Positions 30,130 to 39,992 of a stretch of DNA of 39,992 nucleotides are shown in pieces. Origin of the DNA: Promethearchaeota archaeon. GTDB taxonomy: Archaea > Asgardarchaeota > Lokiarchaeia > Sigyniarchaeales > SOKP01. Under the pieces are notes generated by a model. The model was not told where the DNA came from, did not search any database, and saw only the letters and a program-made list of their open reading frames with translations. Where the stretch lies: contig JAEOTA010000021.1 in assembly GCA_016840085.1 (NCBI GenBank), forward strand, positions 1-39,992, in the 5' to 3' direction. The first letter of the stretch is position 1; every line of letters starts with the position of its first letter. The position numbers and the translations under genes were made by a program.

Positions 30130-31146
30130 TTAAAGAAAACCTTTATCAATATTTTTTTTTAGAATTACTTCAATAAGTCGTTGAGTTATTGCATTTTTAT
30201 TTTCTCCAAAATGTAACTCTTTATGACAATTTGGACAAATTGCACATACATTATTTATTTCATCGACCCCCTCTTTAGCAAGTGGAATTAAATGATGCGT
30301 CTCAAGATAAGGTATCTTATCAGCTCTTTGAAATGGTGCCAATTTATTACAACATTCACAATTACCCTTTGCTCTAATTAAAGCTAAAGCAGCAATTCTA
30401 GGATCTCGAAAATATTGCTTTACAAGTTGATAATTTTCTTCTTTTGAATATTTTTTCTCTTTTAAACTCTGTAATAATTTATCTTTTTCTAATGGCTGAT
30501 CTTTTACTTTTTTCTCAAAATATTCTTCTGACTCTTCTACAGTTTCATAAATTATAAAATCTTGGATATGTTCTTTAGATTTTTTTGCAATTTTACCAAG
30601 AAAGCAATCTAATGTGGTTAAATCTGTTCCAAGAAAATCTCTTAACTCGTAAAGTTTTTTATTAATAGCTATATAATCAGAACCCCAACTTCCGGTAAAT
30701 TCGGGAGCTTTACCCAATAAATATAGTGCCTTTTTAGATCGAATGTTCCATACTCCATATTCTTTTGGATTATATACATGAAGAATAGCGGTTGCTAACC
30801 CATTATTTACTCCTCTGATATGATATTTACCATGTAAATAAACCATATTATCAAATCTATCTTGAATATTAATCGATTCATCGAGCAAATATTTTAATGA
30901 TTCTTTTAATTTTTCCATGTCAGCTAAATACCATTTCTTTTGTCTTTCAAGTTTATCCCATGATTTATTATTTTTTACAAAACTTTCAAAATCTTCTTTA
31001 GTTAACGAATCAATATTAACAAACATATCTCTTAGAGAATCATATGCCTTATATCTCTCTTCAACGATCTCTTTAGCAGTTTTTCCATTCCAAACGTCCT
31101 TCAAATTCAAAAAATCTTCAAACAACCTTTTAATATCAATTTCCAT
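30130..31146 (-). CDS. HNH endonuclease (McrA-like C-terminus) with N-terminal recognition domain
   Basis: CECC...YLETHHLIPLAKEGVDEINNVCAICPNCHKELH; GAGGT RBS. Confidence 0.85.
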   Translation of the reverse strand: MEIDIKRLFEDFLNLKDVWNGKTAKEIVEERYKAYDSLRDMFVNIDSLTKEDFESFVKNNKSWDKLERQKKWYLADMEKLKESLKYLLDESINIQDRFDNMVYLHGKYHIRGVNNGLATAILHVYNPKEYGVWNIRSKKALYLLGKAPEFTGSWGSDYIAINKKLYELRDFLGTDLTTLDCFLGKIAKKSKEHIQDFIIYETVEESEEYFEKKVKDQPLEKDKLLQSLKEKKYSKEENYQLVKQYFRDPRIAALALIRAKGNCECCNKLAPFQRADKIPYLETHHLIPLAKEGVDEINNVCAICPNCHKELHFGENKNAITQRLIEVILKKNIDKGFL

Positions 31147-31322
31147 ATAATTACCTCATATTTTGTCTTACTATTCCTTTTTTCAATTAAAATTTGAACC
31201 TTCTTGACATTTTTTATTTTTACTTCTCTATATTGATGTATCTTAAATTTAAATATGTGATTTTCCCTATTAATATATAGAAATTATAAAAATATAGAAG
31301 ACAAAACAGCAAGGAAATCAAT

Positions 31323-32279
31323 ATGAAAATAAATTTTAAGTTTAATTCTAAGTCAAGTAGTCAAAATATTCAAGAAGCTAAACGTTTAGCAGAAAAATGC
31401 GGGGGAGTACTTGAAGGAAAATTATATAGTATTGATTTTGATTCATTTAATGATAAAGACTTAGAGCAATTATTTTTTCTGATAGGACATTTAAAAGGCT
31501 CGGTCATTACTATTGACGGTAGCGAACCCTTTAACGCAGCAAAATTATTTAATGTCGTAAATTGTAGGGATAAACTTCTCTGTAAGGGGTCTTGCAATCA
31601 TATTACTTTTGGATATTACCCTTTAGCTCAGTTCAATTTACAATACGGAGCTTATATAAAAGAAGGTGTGTTGTCTACATCCGACCCATCTTTAATAACG
31701 CAGATTTCCAAATTTTTAGATCCCATCGATGATACTCACTTTAAAGTTAATAAAGAATTGTATCTCAAATATCTTAATGAAATTACTGAGCTTGAAAATC
31801 AATTCTGTGAAAAATATGATAAAGAAAAAATCAAAGAAGAAATTGCAAAATTACCGGAAAAAGTAGAACTTGTTAGTGAAGAGAGAGCTTTCGAACAAGA
31901 AGAATATACCGGTGATGATACTATTATAAGACAGATTTTAAGTGCCGCAGAAATTGATGATAAATTCTCTTTTGATGAAATCTTAGACTGTTCTAAGTCT
32001 GTTTCACTCTTATTAAATACAGTTAAAGGTCATTATATTAACAATACCGATGTTTTGATATACTATCATCCTTATGTAAATAAATTTGTTTTAGCTAAGT
32101 TAAAAGTCTTAGAAGATGAATTTAATAATTCAGATGAGGAAGAAGAAATAGCTGATATTATTACAAAAGAAGAAGGGATATACTGTATTAAAGATTCATA
32201 TAAAGAATTGTATTTTAAAGCGTTTGACATACAAGATGGACAAGCTCAGAAATATTATGAATTCATAAGGAAAATGTAA
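31323..32279 (+). CDS. Hypothetical protein
   Basis: 318-aa ORF with a Cys cluster (C-x5-C-x3-C). Confidence 0.65.
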   Translation: MKINFKFNSKSSSQNIQEAKRLAEKCGGVLEGKLYSIDFDSFNDKDLEQLFFLIGHLKGSVITIDGSEPFNAAKLFNVVNCRDKLLCKGSCNHITFGYYPLAQFNLQYGAYIKEGVLSTSDPSLITQISKFLDPIDDTHFKVNKELYLKYLNEITELENQFCEKYDKEKIKEEIAKLPEKVELVSEERAFEQEEYTGDDTIIRQILSAAEIDDKFSFDEILDCSKSVSLLLNTVKGHYINNTDVLIYYHPYVNKFVLAKLKVLEDEFNNSDEEEEIADIITKEEGIYCIKDSYKELYFKAFDIQDGQAQKYYEFIRKM

Positions 32280-32340
32280 AGAAGTTCTTATTAACCCCCT
32301 CTCAAATTTACCAATCCTATCCTTTTTTTTATCTCCGTTT

Positions 32341-35300
32341 TCAATATATTTTTGACTTACCTAATTTATCCCATCCAATCATTATTCTATGGGAAAATTG
32401 CTCAGCAACATCCTCTAAATGAGTGATGAGAATAATTTTCTTAAACATTGATTTCAATTCAAGAATTTTATTAACAAACAATTGACGAGAAGTTTCGTCA
32501 TCCAAAGTACCAAGATCACCCTCATCAATGATTAGCGTATTAGATTTTCTAAATACTGCTCCCTTAGTGTCAGGTATTTCTGCAATGCGTTCCATTATGG
32601 CAAATCGAATCGCAGCATTAATTTGAGTTTTTTCTCCACCGGAAAATGTATCTGCTATTCGTTCTTGCTCCCCGTCAAATACGTAGATATCAAATCCTAT
32701 CTGATTTTTCCTTGTAACAGGTTTAAATCCAATAAGACTTATCCGCCCTTCAGTAAGATCACTTAAAATTTGGCTCGCTCTTCTTGATATAGCGGGTAAT
32801 ATCTCTTCTATTGCGAATTTAGGAACACCATTTAAATGGAAAATATTTTTCTTTAATATTGTATAAATTTCAATATTTTTTTTTAGTTCTTTAAGCTTTA
32901 TCTCGTTTTCTTGGACTTTCTGTTTTAAATTTTTAATCCTGTTAATATTTTTTACGATGTTTTTGATTTCTAGATTTGTGAACTCAATGTCCTTCATAAT
33001 TTTTTCTAATTTCTCATTAAGCTCTCCCGCTTTTATCTCATATTCATCATATTTCTTATATCCCGATTCATATTCTTTTAACTTTGGAGTATTAGTTTCT
33101 AAATTTTTATCAATCTCATTTATATCTGTTTCATATTTTTTAATTAAGGCGGTGAAATCTTGAGTTTTATTTAGCTTGATTTCGATTCCTTCCTTTTGTT
33201 TTTCCTTTGCTTTTAAACTGTCAGATTCTTTCTTTATACCTAAGAGTAAATCATTATAATCTTCGGTTAGCTCTTTTTCTATTATAGATTTTTGGAGGTC
33301 TTGTATCATCTTATCATAATTAGTAATTTTTTCTCGAGACTCTTTGTTTTTTGAATCATAATTCTGGTGTAACCGTGTTTGTTCTAAAGCTAATTCATCA
33401 GAAATAAACACATCCTTTGTTATAAGTTCTCGTTGAGGTATATTCTTCTCTAATTCATTTTTTGTCTTTTCTTCAAGTGCTTTAAATTCTTTTATTCTTT
33501 TATTATCCTTATACTCTTTAACTAAAGGTATTTCAACTTTTTGAAGCCTTTCCAGTCTTTCAGAGAATCTTCCGTTATTTATTAGGATATTGAAGGCTTT
33601 GTCTTTTGTAATTTTCGCACTAATGTTTTTAAGTCTATCGGTTTTTTCTGTCATTTGATTAAGAATTTCCTTTAATTGCTCTTCAAACTGTATTTTTATG
33701 TTGTCTTGTATTTCTCTATTTTTTGTGATTTCAGTTTCAATCCTTTCTTTATCAAGGCTCTTTTCCTCAATATCTTGTTTTCTAATTTCTAAATTTTCTC
33801 TTTCTTTTTTCAAAGTATCAAACTGTGACAATTCTTCTTTAAGTTTAGAATAATCTTGTTGATTTTTCTTAGATTCTTCTAAGTTATCTTCAAGTTCTTT
33901 TTTATCTTCTTCTAATTTCTCAATTAACTCTTGTGTTTCCACATATTTTATAAAAGGATCTTCAAATTCTTCTAATAATTTCTTAATATTTTTTAGTTCT
34001 TCTTCAATAGTTTTATTCTCTTTCTGTAATTGAATTACCTGAGCTTTAAATTTATTATGCTCCTTTTCATATTCAGGTAATTCTTCAATACTAACTAAAT
34101 AAGCTCTAATCTCTCCCTCAATACTAGTTACATCTTTTTCTAAATCTTTTAGAATTTTTTTGCATCTTTCTCCTGCATCAGTAAAAATTTTTAATTTAAA
34201 TAGTTTAACAAGTCTTTCTTGCCTTTCACCTGAAGTTAAATTCGAGAAAATCTGTAGCTCTTGTTGACGTATAAAAAATGAGGAGGTAAAACTTTCATAA
34301 TCATAACCTATTATATCCTGAATTTTCTGTTCCTTTTCTGGAATTGGTAATCCCTGATAAAGAGGTTCTCCATCTAAAATAATACTAAGCTTTGGGGAAC
34401 GGGTGCTTCTTTTTATTTGGAGATTTGCATCCCCTATCATTAACTCAAGATCAACATATCCCCCTTTATATAATATTTCTTCAAGAACCATTCCCGCATC
34501 TCTTCTTGAACTTCTTTTAAACAGCGCGAATGTAATCGCATCAAGTATGGAAGATTTTCCAGAACCAGTAGGACCTTTAATAACATAAGAAGAATTATCA
34601 AATTCAATTTTATTGGGACCTTTTCCGTAATTATTAAAATTTTGAAAATCGATTGATTTCAAAGTTATTGAACCAGAAGTAGTAAGGTCAATAGTTTTCA
34701 ATTCTTTTTCTATAAGTTCTTTTCCAATTTTTTTAATTTCTTTAAAATAATTATAATCGGAATATTTCTGCTCTACAAAGTCTTCAAATAGGCTTATAGG
34801 ATCTAAGTTTAACTCCCTTAAATGTTCTAAATCTTCAACCTGCTTCTCAGTATATTGAATATCCGTATAAAACGAGTTTGAGAAATAATTCTCTATTTTT
34901 TCTTTATCAATTTTTATTTCTTTTCCTTTTGGATACTCAATTTTGATCTTACAAATGGCATTTTCGATCTCTACTTTATCAGGTAATTTTGTTAAAATAA
35001 ATTCCATAAAATTTTCTAAGGTATCTGGGATATCAATATCTATTTTAAATAAATTCCTGCATTCAAGTTTCCTGTATTCTAGATCATCATTTTCGACATC
35101 ATAGACACAGTAATATTTATCAGAATCACGTTCACCCATATCGAGTCTATCAATAGAACCTGGGATAATTATTCGATTATTTTTCCATAATTCTTGACGT
35201 AAATGAACATGACCAAAAATAACTAAATCAAATAATTCTTTCTGAACCATTTCTCTATTAAATTTGAATTCACCATAAATTACATCCGGATTATTTGTCT

Positions 35301-35904
35301 CTCGAATTTTAGCTCCTTCTAAAAAATAATGCCCAATTAATATTTTTTTATTACAATTTTTTAACTTTAATTCCACAATTTGTGCGATATAACGTTCAAT
35401 AATTTTTTGAGCAATAAAATAATTGTTTTGGCCTTTAGGGATTTCAATCCCTGCATTCCGAGCCATTTCAACGAGAACATCAAAATGAATAAACGGTAAA
35501 AATAGAAGACCAATAGTAGTCTGATGAAGAACAATTGGTTTAAAATCGGTTATTACATCCACATTCGGAAAATTGGAGAGTTCTAAAATATCAGCACCAC
35601 GTTTGGGATGCCTTATAGAATCATGATTGCCCCCAATTATAAACACTGGAATATTATTTTCATAAAGAGGGATAAAAATCCTTTTTCTTATTATTTTTCT
35701 AATTGTAGGAGAAATAATTTGACGTTCATACACATCGCCTAGGAAAATTACATAATCTGCTTTTTCTTCGATTGCTGACTTTGTGATAATTTCACAATTA
35801 TCAATTACATCTAGGTTTCTTTTGGAAATATTAAGTTCATAGTCTTTAAGATATGGATATGACTTCCCGAAATGAGTATCACCTATAAAAAATATTTTAG
35901 TCAT
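32341..35904 (-). CDS. mre11-rad50: Fused Mre11 (SbcD) nuclease - Rad50 (SbcC) ATPase
   Basis: GDTHFG, GDVYE, GNHD and GHVH phosphoesterase motifs; GPTGSGKS Walker A, FIRQ Q-loop, long coiled coil, FSGGEK, IIDEG and ITH. Confidence 0.9.
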   Translation of the reverse strand: MTKIFFIGDTHFGKSYPYLKDYELNISKRNLDVIDNCEIITKSAIEEKADYVIFLGDVYERQIISPTIRKIIRKRIFIPLYENNIPVFIIGGNHDSIRHPKRGADILELSNFPNVDVITDFKPIVLHQTTIGLLFLPFIHFDVLVEMARNAGIEIPKGQNNYFIAQKIIERYIAQIVELKLKNCNKKILIGHYFLEGAKIRETNNPDVIYGEFKFNREMVQKELFDLVIFGHVHLRQELWKNNRIIIPGSIDRLDMGERDSDKYYCVYDVENDDLEYRKLECRNLFKIDIDIPDTLENFMEFILTKLPDKVEIENAICKIKIEYPKGKEIKIDKEKIENYFSNSFYTDIQYTEKQVEDLEHLRELNLDPISLFEDFVEQKYSDYNYFKEIKKIGKELIEKELKTIDLTTSGSITLKSIDFQNFNNYGKGPNKIEFDNSSYVIKGPTGSGKSSILDAITFALFKRSSRRDAGMVLEEILYKGGYVDLELMIGDANLQIKRSTRSPKLSIILDGEPLYQGLPIPEKEQKIQDIIGYDYESFTSSFFIRQQELQIFSNLTSGERQERLVKLFKLKIFTDAGERCKKILKDLEKDVTSIEGEIRAYLVSIEELPEYEKEHNKFKAQVIQLQKENKTIEEELKNIKKLLEEFEDPFIKYVETQELIEKLEEDKKELEDNLEESKKNQQDYSKLKEELSQFDTLKKERENLEIRKQDIEEKSLDKERIETEITKNREIQDNIKIQFEEQLKEILNQMTEKTDRLKNISAKITKDKAFNILINNGRFSERLERLQKVEIPLVKEYKDNKRIKEFKALEEKTKNELEKNIPQRELITKDVFISDELALEQTRLHQNYDSKNKESREKITNYDKMIQDLQKSIIEKELTEDYNDLLLGIKKESDSLKAKEKQKEGIEIKLNKTQDFTALIKKYETDINEIDKNLETNTPKLKEYESGYKKYDEYEIKAGELNEKLEKIMKDIEFTNLEIKNIVKNINRIKNLKQKVQENEIKLKELKKNIEIYTILKKNIFHLNGVPKFAIEEILPAISRRASQILSDLTEGRISLIGFKPVTRKNQIGFDIYVFDGEQERIADTFSGGEKTQINAAIRFAIMERIAEIPDTKGAVFRKSNTLIIDEGDLGTLDDETSRQLFVNKILELKSMFKKIILITHLEDVAEQFSHRIMIGWDKLGKSKIY

Positions 35905-35924
35905 TCGTTATTCCTCTTTATTAT

Positions 35925-37591
35925 TTAATCTTCAGGAAAAATTTTTGTTACGTCTGCTTTTTCTATAGTCTTAATTGTTTCGGAGAGAGAACGCTTCTGT
36001 CCAAGCAGATCTTTAAATAACACATCATTTTTATAGTCTAGAATGTCGATCATCGTAGGAACGGCAATCGCGTCTCCATATACCAAACATTGTCTTTTTA
36101 TAAGTCCAGAAATCATAGCACGCCATTTTTTTGGATTAGGCAAATTCTTTACAGTTCTTTCAATATCTTTAGTGTCTGTTAAATTTAGAATAAATCGATT
36201 GGCAATTTGAGAGAATACTTCATCATCTATTTGAGAGGGGCGTTGATCTACAAATGCTAACGTTAATTGAAACTTTCTCATCTCTCTTGCTATTCTATCA
36301 AAAATAGTGTATCTTATTACTCTAGGTTGTAAGAATTTGTGTGCTTCTTCGAGAACAACTACTAAAGGAGGTAGTTCACTTTCCTCTTCTCTTTCAGAGT
36401 ATATTTGGTATAGTCTCCTTGTTATCATATTAGCTATAAAATAATATAGATGTCGATTAATACCATATTTACCGAAATCCACGATAATTGATTTTCCTTC
36501 TACCAATTTTTTGAAAATATCTTCAAGACTATCGTCTCTTTTTGTGTCCCCTCTTTTTTTAAGGAACTTATAACTTTTAAATCGAATGATTCTATTACGC
36601 AATGCATTTAAAGAAAACTTGTTGATCTCTTTATGATCTTCTGCTTTTATACTATTAATTACATCTAGCAAATTACTATACTCTTCTGGTTTACTTCTGA
36701 CTAAATTTTCTATATAATAAAGCACGTTAATACTTGGTTCACTTAAAGTTTGCGCACTTGCAATAATATCTCCTAATGCAATATTCTCTTTATAAACAAA
36801 AAACGGTTCTGCTCCATCAGCAACTTTTTCTTTTGTATCTAATTTCCCAAGGCGATAAATTTTAACTTTATCAGGAAAATACCATGCCAAGCCTTTTGTC
36901 TTATCTGCCCTCGAAACCATACCATATTCTCCTTGCATGTCAAAAAGTAGCAATTGTGAGACTTTATTTCGTAATATGAATAAGCATAATATTTTGTTCA
37001 AAATAGACTTCCCAATTCCAGTCCTTCCAAATAGTCCATATGGTTTCTTTACTAATTGAGCAAAGTCAATAGGAACTGGATAATTGAATCCTCTTAATGT
37101 TCCAATCGCATCAGTATATTCAGAAGTTTTATAAATTAAATCGATTTCTTCTTCTGTTACTTGACGTCCTTTAGAAAAAATCGGAGGAATAGTATCAAAT
37201 TCTCTCATTAATTCTTGGAATTCTAAATCTTTTTTTGCTTTATTTGGTAAAAGCTTTAAACAGCTTAAATCCGCAAGACCGTATAATTCCTCCCCTCTCA
37301 CGCCTTCGATTTGACTTGATGGTAATAACCCAACAAAAGGAGAATTTGCAAACCTCTCTGCTATTGGGTTTCCGGGATAAAATAATCTCGTTATTAATGT
37401 ATAATACAATAATTCATCAGTTTCAATTACAATAGGTTGACCAAGACGCAAATTATATGGACGACCTAGGATTTTAGTGTAATTCCTGTATTAGTATCAG
37501 CATGGCACACATCCCCAATTTTGTTTGATTCCTGCGAACCCTCTAATTCTTCCAATTCTATTTCAATATCTTTGTCTCTTTTTTCGGTCAT
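35925..37591 (-). CDS. herA: HerA helicase/ATPase with a 1-nt frameshift near 37472-37475
   Basis: GRTGIGKS, FDMQGEY, LEEAH, IAREMRKF, DQRPS; ATG at 37591 with AGAGGT RBS is out of frame by one base. Confidence 0.85.
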
Positions 37592-37641
37592 TATAAATTA
37601 ACCTCTAAATCATTTTATTTTAATTATTTAATTTGTTTATA

Positions 37642-38709
37642 TTATCGTGATAATTGATCCAAAATTTCGTGGAACGACCTAAATTGCCTTCCATTAATAT
37701 CAACAGCGCCATCCAATATATCTTCTGCTTGTAATCCGAGTTCTTTGAAATGTTCAATAAGTTCCATTTCATAGTTATCCTTAAGGTCTCTTACACTTTT
37801 AGCAATTTTATGAGCCTCAAGCAAACCAATAGGATATCCGGGCATTAATTGTACCATCGAATATGCAGCAAGTGATGAGAATAAAATTGTTGGATCAGTT
37901 ATATCTCTTCCAATATCAATCCTGAACCATTTTGAAGCTTCTTTATGTAATTTTGCATAGTAGACATCACCCCATATATCAAATTTTGTTTGAGCTTCAA
38001 ATTTTTCTTTTGGAATTGATATATACGTTAAATTAGGGTATTTCTCATTATAGTATGTATTAAGAAAGTAATCATCAGTATAAATATCATGAAAAATGTG
38101 AGATGTGGTTGATTTTGAAATTCCTACAAGAGAAATATCATTCATTCTGCAGTTTACTAAGATGCTCTTATATATAGGATCTCTTTCTAATGCTTTAAAC
38201 GTGAGTAATGCCCCATCTTTCAGAACAATACAATTATTGCAATTTTCTGTTATTGTTTCTAACGTTCTATCTTCTAAATAACTCAACACATTGCTAGCAA
38301 CTATTTGAGGTACTCGTTCCATGAGGTTTGCGGCTATATCTGTAGCTTTAGTATATATGGAGGGTTGATTCGCTAATACTTTTGGATTGAAACTAATCAA
38401 ATTCAAGTGATCATACACTTTTGGAGGTGAAAGCATTTTATAATGAAAATCCCTTTTACTATTTTTAGAGACTTTATATTCAGTTACCCCTATTCTAAAC
38501 AACACAACCCATGTTTCCGTGCCTAAGAATGAAAACAGGAAGCTAAATGAGCCATCAATAGCTATTATTGGGGGAATTAAGTCTAAAGTTTCTGATAATT
38601 CAAACTCAACTATTTCAAAATCACCAATATCAAGGGATTCTGGTTTTTCCTCCTTGATTTTAGATAATTTTAATAACTCAATTAACTTTTTTATATCTAT
38701 ATCCTTCAT
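37642..38709 (-). CDS. nurA: NurA 5'-3' nuclease
   Basis: IAIDGS, LKDGAL, VGISKS and GYPIGLLEAH motifs; adjacent to herA. Confidence 0.88.
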   Translation of the reverse strand: MKDIDIKKLIELLKLSKIKEEKPESLDIGDFEIVEFELSETLDLIPPIIAIDGSFSFLFSFLGTETWVVLFRIGVTEYKVSKNSKRDFHYKMLSPPKVYDHLNLISFNPKVLANQPSIYTKATDIAANLMERVPQIVASNVLSYLEDRTLETITENCNNCIVLKDGALLTFKALERDPIYKSILVNCRMNDISLVGISKSTTSHIFHDIYTDDYFLNTYYNEKYPNLTYISIPKEKFEAQTKFDIWGDVYYAKLHKEASKWFRIDIGRDITDPTILFSSLAAYSMVQLMPGYPIGLLEAHKIAKSVRDLKDNYEMELIEHFKELGLQAEDILDGAVDINGRQFRSFHEILDQLSR

Positions 38710-39992
38710 ATTTTATCTTTTTTTAATAATAATTCATTTTTAGGAATATTTACTCCACAATATTTACATTTAATCGATTGATCTTTCTTATATGCTTGAA
38801 TTAATTCTTTAGTTATAACTTCTCCACAGAAGGGACATTCATAACTTTTTGTTTCTATTAAATCCTCTACTATTGGTATTTCTGATATTGGAGCAATTTC
38901 AATTAATTTCATTATTTTAGCTTGGAGCTCAGATTGAAAATTACTTGCGTTTCTTATTTTAATTTGAATTTTTTTAATTAATTCGTCAAATCCATCGTAC
39001 TTTTCTGCAGTTTTTTTTGCTTTAAAATAAAGTGAAATTGAATCTACAGCTGTTTTAACTGCTCCTGACAGATCTCTTTTTTGTATTGATTTAGCATTTT
39101 TTAGAATTTCATCTGCTTCTATGACTAATTTTTCAAGTTCAATTCGCTTAAGTTTTGATTCAATATCTTTTAAGACATCATTCAATTTTTTATATTCAAC
39201 GGCTAATTTTTCAGATTTTATTAAATCAATAGCAGATAGAAAATTATTCTTTGCTGACTTCCATTCTATTTCGGCTTGAGAGAACTTTTCTTTTTCATGT
39301 AATTCTTTAGCGATTATTAAATGTTGTTCTCCATTCTGAATATAAACCCTACATATATTATTTTTAATAATTTTCAAGGCATCTCGAATTTTTTCCTCTT
39401 CTTGTCTGGAAGGTGCTTTTTTTAGTGCTAGACTATAATTATTAATTACTTCTTTCCAAGTATCTATAGCCTTTGAAAATGAGCCTTTTGAATAATATAA
39501 ATTAGCTTTCTTATCTAATGCATTGGATTCCATTAATAGATTTTCAAATTTACTAGCTTCAAGTTCTTTTTCCTTAAATCTTTTTTGTTTTTTCTTTTTT
39601 CGAGATTTTGAATAATTTTTTAGCCATTGTAAGTGATAATTCGCATAAACAACCCCAACCAATACAGCTATTCCTACGATAATTAAAAGCCCCAGACCAA
39701 AAAGACCCCAATCTATTGGAGGAATGCCTTTAGAACCATTTCCACCCCCATCATCATCGCCATCGCTATTGGAATGACCTTCAGTCGCGATGATACTCGC
39801 TTGAAAATTTTCACTTATTCCTGAATCATCTGTAATTACAATTGTAAGGCTCATCTTATGATTTATTGGAGTCGTATCAGCTATAGAAAAACCCCAATAA
39901 AAAGCGCTACTAAACGATTTTGTTTTATTCACATCTACAGTTCCAAAATCCATATTTCGCTCAACAGAATTGACGAATGAGATATATGGATC
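38706..39992 (-). CDS. Single-pass membrane protein with helical/TPR-like repeats and C-terminal zinc ribbon (5' end outside window)
   Basis: Frame is open to the window edge; TM FGLGLLIIVGIAVLVGVVY; CPFCG...CKYCG; ATGA overlap with nurA. Confidence 0.7.
   Translation of the reverse strand, partial: DPYISFVNSVERNMDFGTVDVNKTKSFSSAFYWGFSIADTTPINHKMSLTIVITDDSGISENFQASIIATEGHSNSDGDDDGGGNGSKGIPPIDWGLFGLGLLIIVGIAVLVGVVYANYHLQWLKNYSKSRKKKKQKRFKEKELEASKFENLLMESNALDKKANLYYSKGSFSKAIDTWKEVINNYSLALKKAPSRQEEEKIRDALKIIKNNICRVYIQNGEQHLIIAKELHEKEKFSQAEIEWKSAKNNFLSAIDLIKSEKLAVEYKKLNDVLKDIESKLKRIELEKLVIEADEILKNAKSIQKRDLSGAVKTAVDSISLYFKAKKTAEKYDGFDELIKKIQIKIRNASNFQSELQAKIMKLIEIAPISEIPIVEDLIETKSYECPFCGEVITKELIQAYKKDQSIKCKYCGVNIPKNELLLKKDKI

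Noticed and set aside
1823-37435. Short antisense or alternate-frame ORFs in the track (e.g. 1823-, 2561+, 3101+, 3515-, 4139+, 9758+, 9968+, 19968-, 26332+, 28832+, 32957+)
   Set aside because: They are shadows of better-supported genes and have no motifs
1-39992. CRISPR array, rRNA or integrase
   Set aside because: No regularly spaced repeats, rRNA-like sequence or recombinase motifs were seen by eye

Overview
AT-rich window whose gene content (nurA-herA-mre11/rad50, ribbon-helix-helix and winged-helix regulators, TATA-like promoters, bacterial/eukaryotic-type MetK, SBBP-like propeller and small Cys-rich proteins) suggests an archaeon, probably Asgard/Lokiarchaeia (inference). The right end holds a DNA end-resection operon with a single-chain Mre11-Rad50 fusion that has no CxxC zinc hook, plus a frameshifted herA. 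The most novel-looking region is about 13.0-17.3 kb. It is a tightly coupled operon encoding an unknown protein, an archaeo-eukaryotic primase (AEP)-like protein, an RNase H-like exonuclease and an RHH regulator. Upstream lies a predicted ~72-nt structured RNA with a perfect 14-nt complement to the translation start region of the first gene. Downstream lies a palindromic 33-bp element. That element, with a diverged RHH copy, recurs 6.2 kb away in front of a ParB-like gene. The middle of the window is an accessory/defence-like stretch (NYN, two HEPN-like proteins, a wHTH + PD-(D/E)xK cluster, HNH) around metK. Several abrupt gene truncations suggest a rearranged or chimerically assembled sequence, so long-range gene neighbourhoods should be treated cautiously. 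All family calls come from motif reading only; no searches were run.
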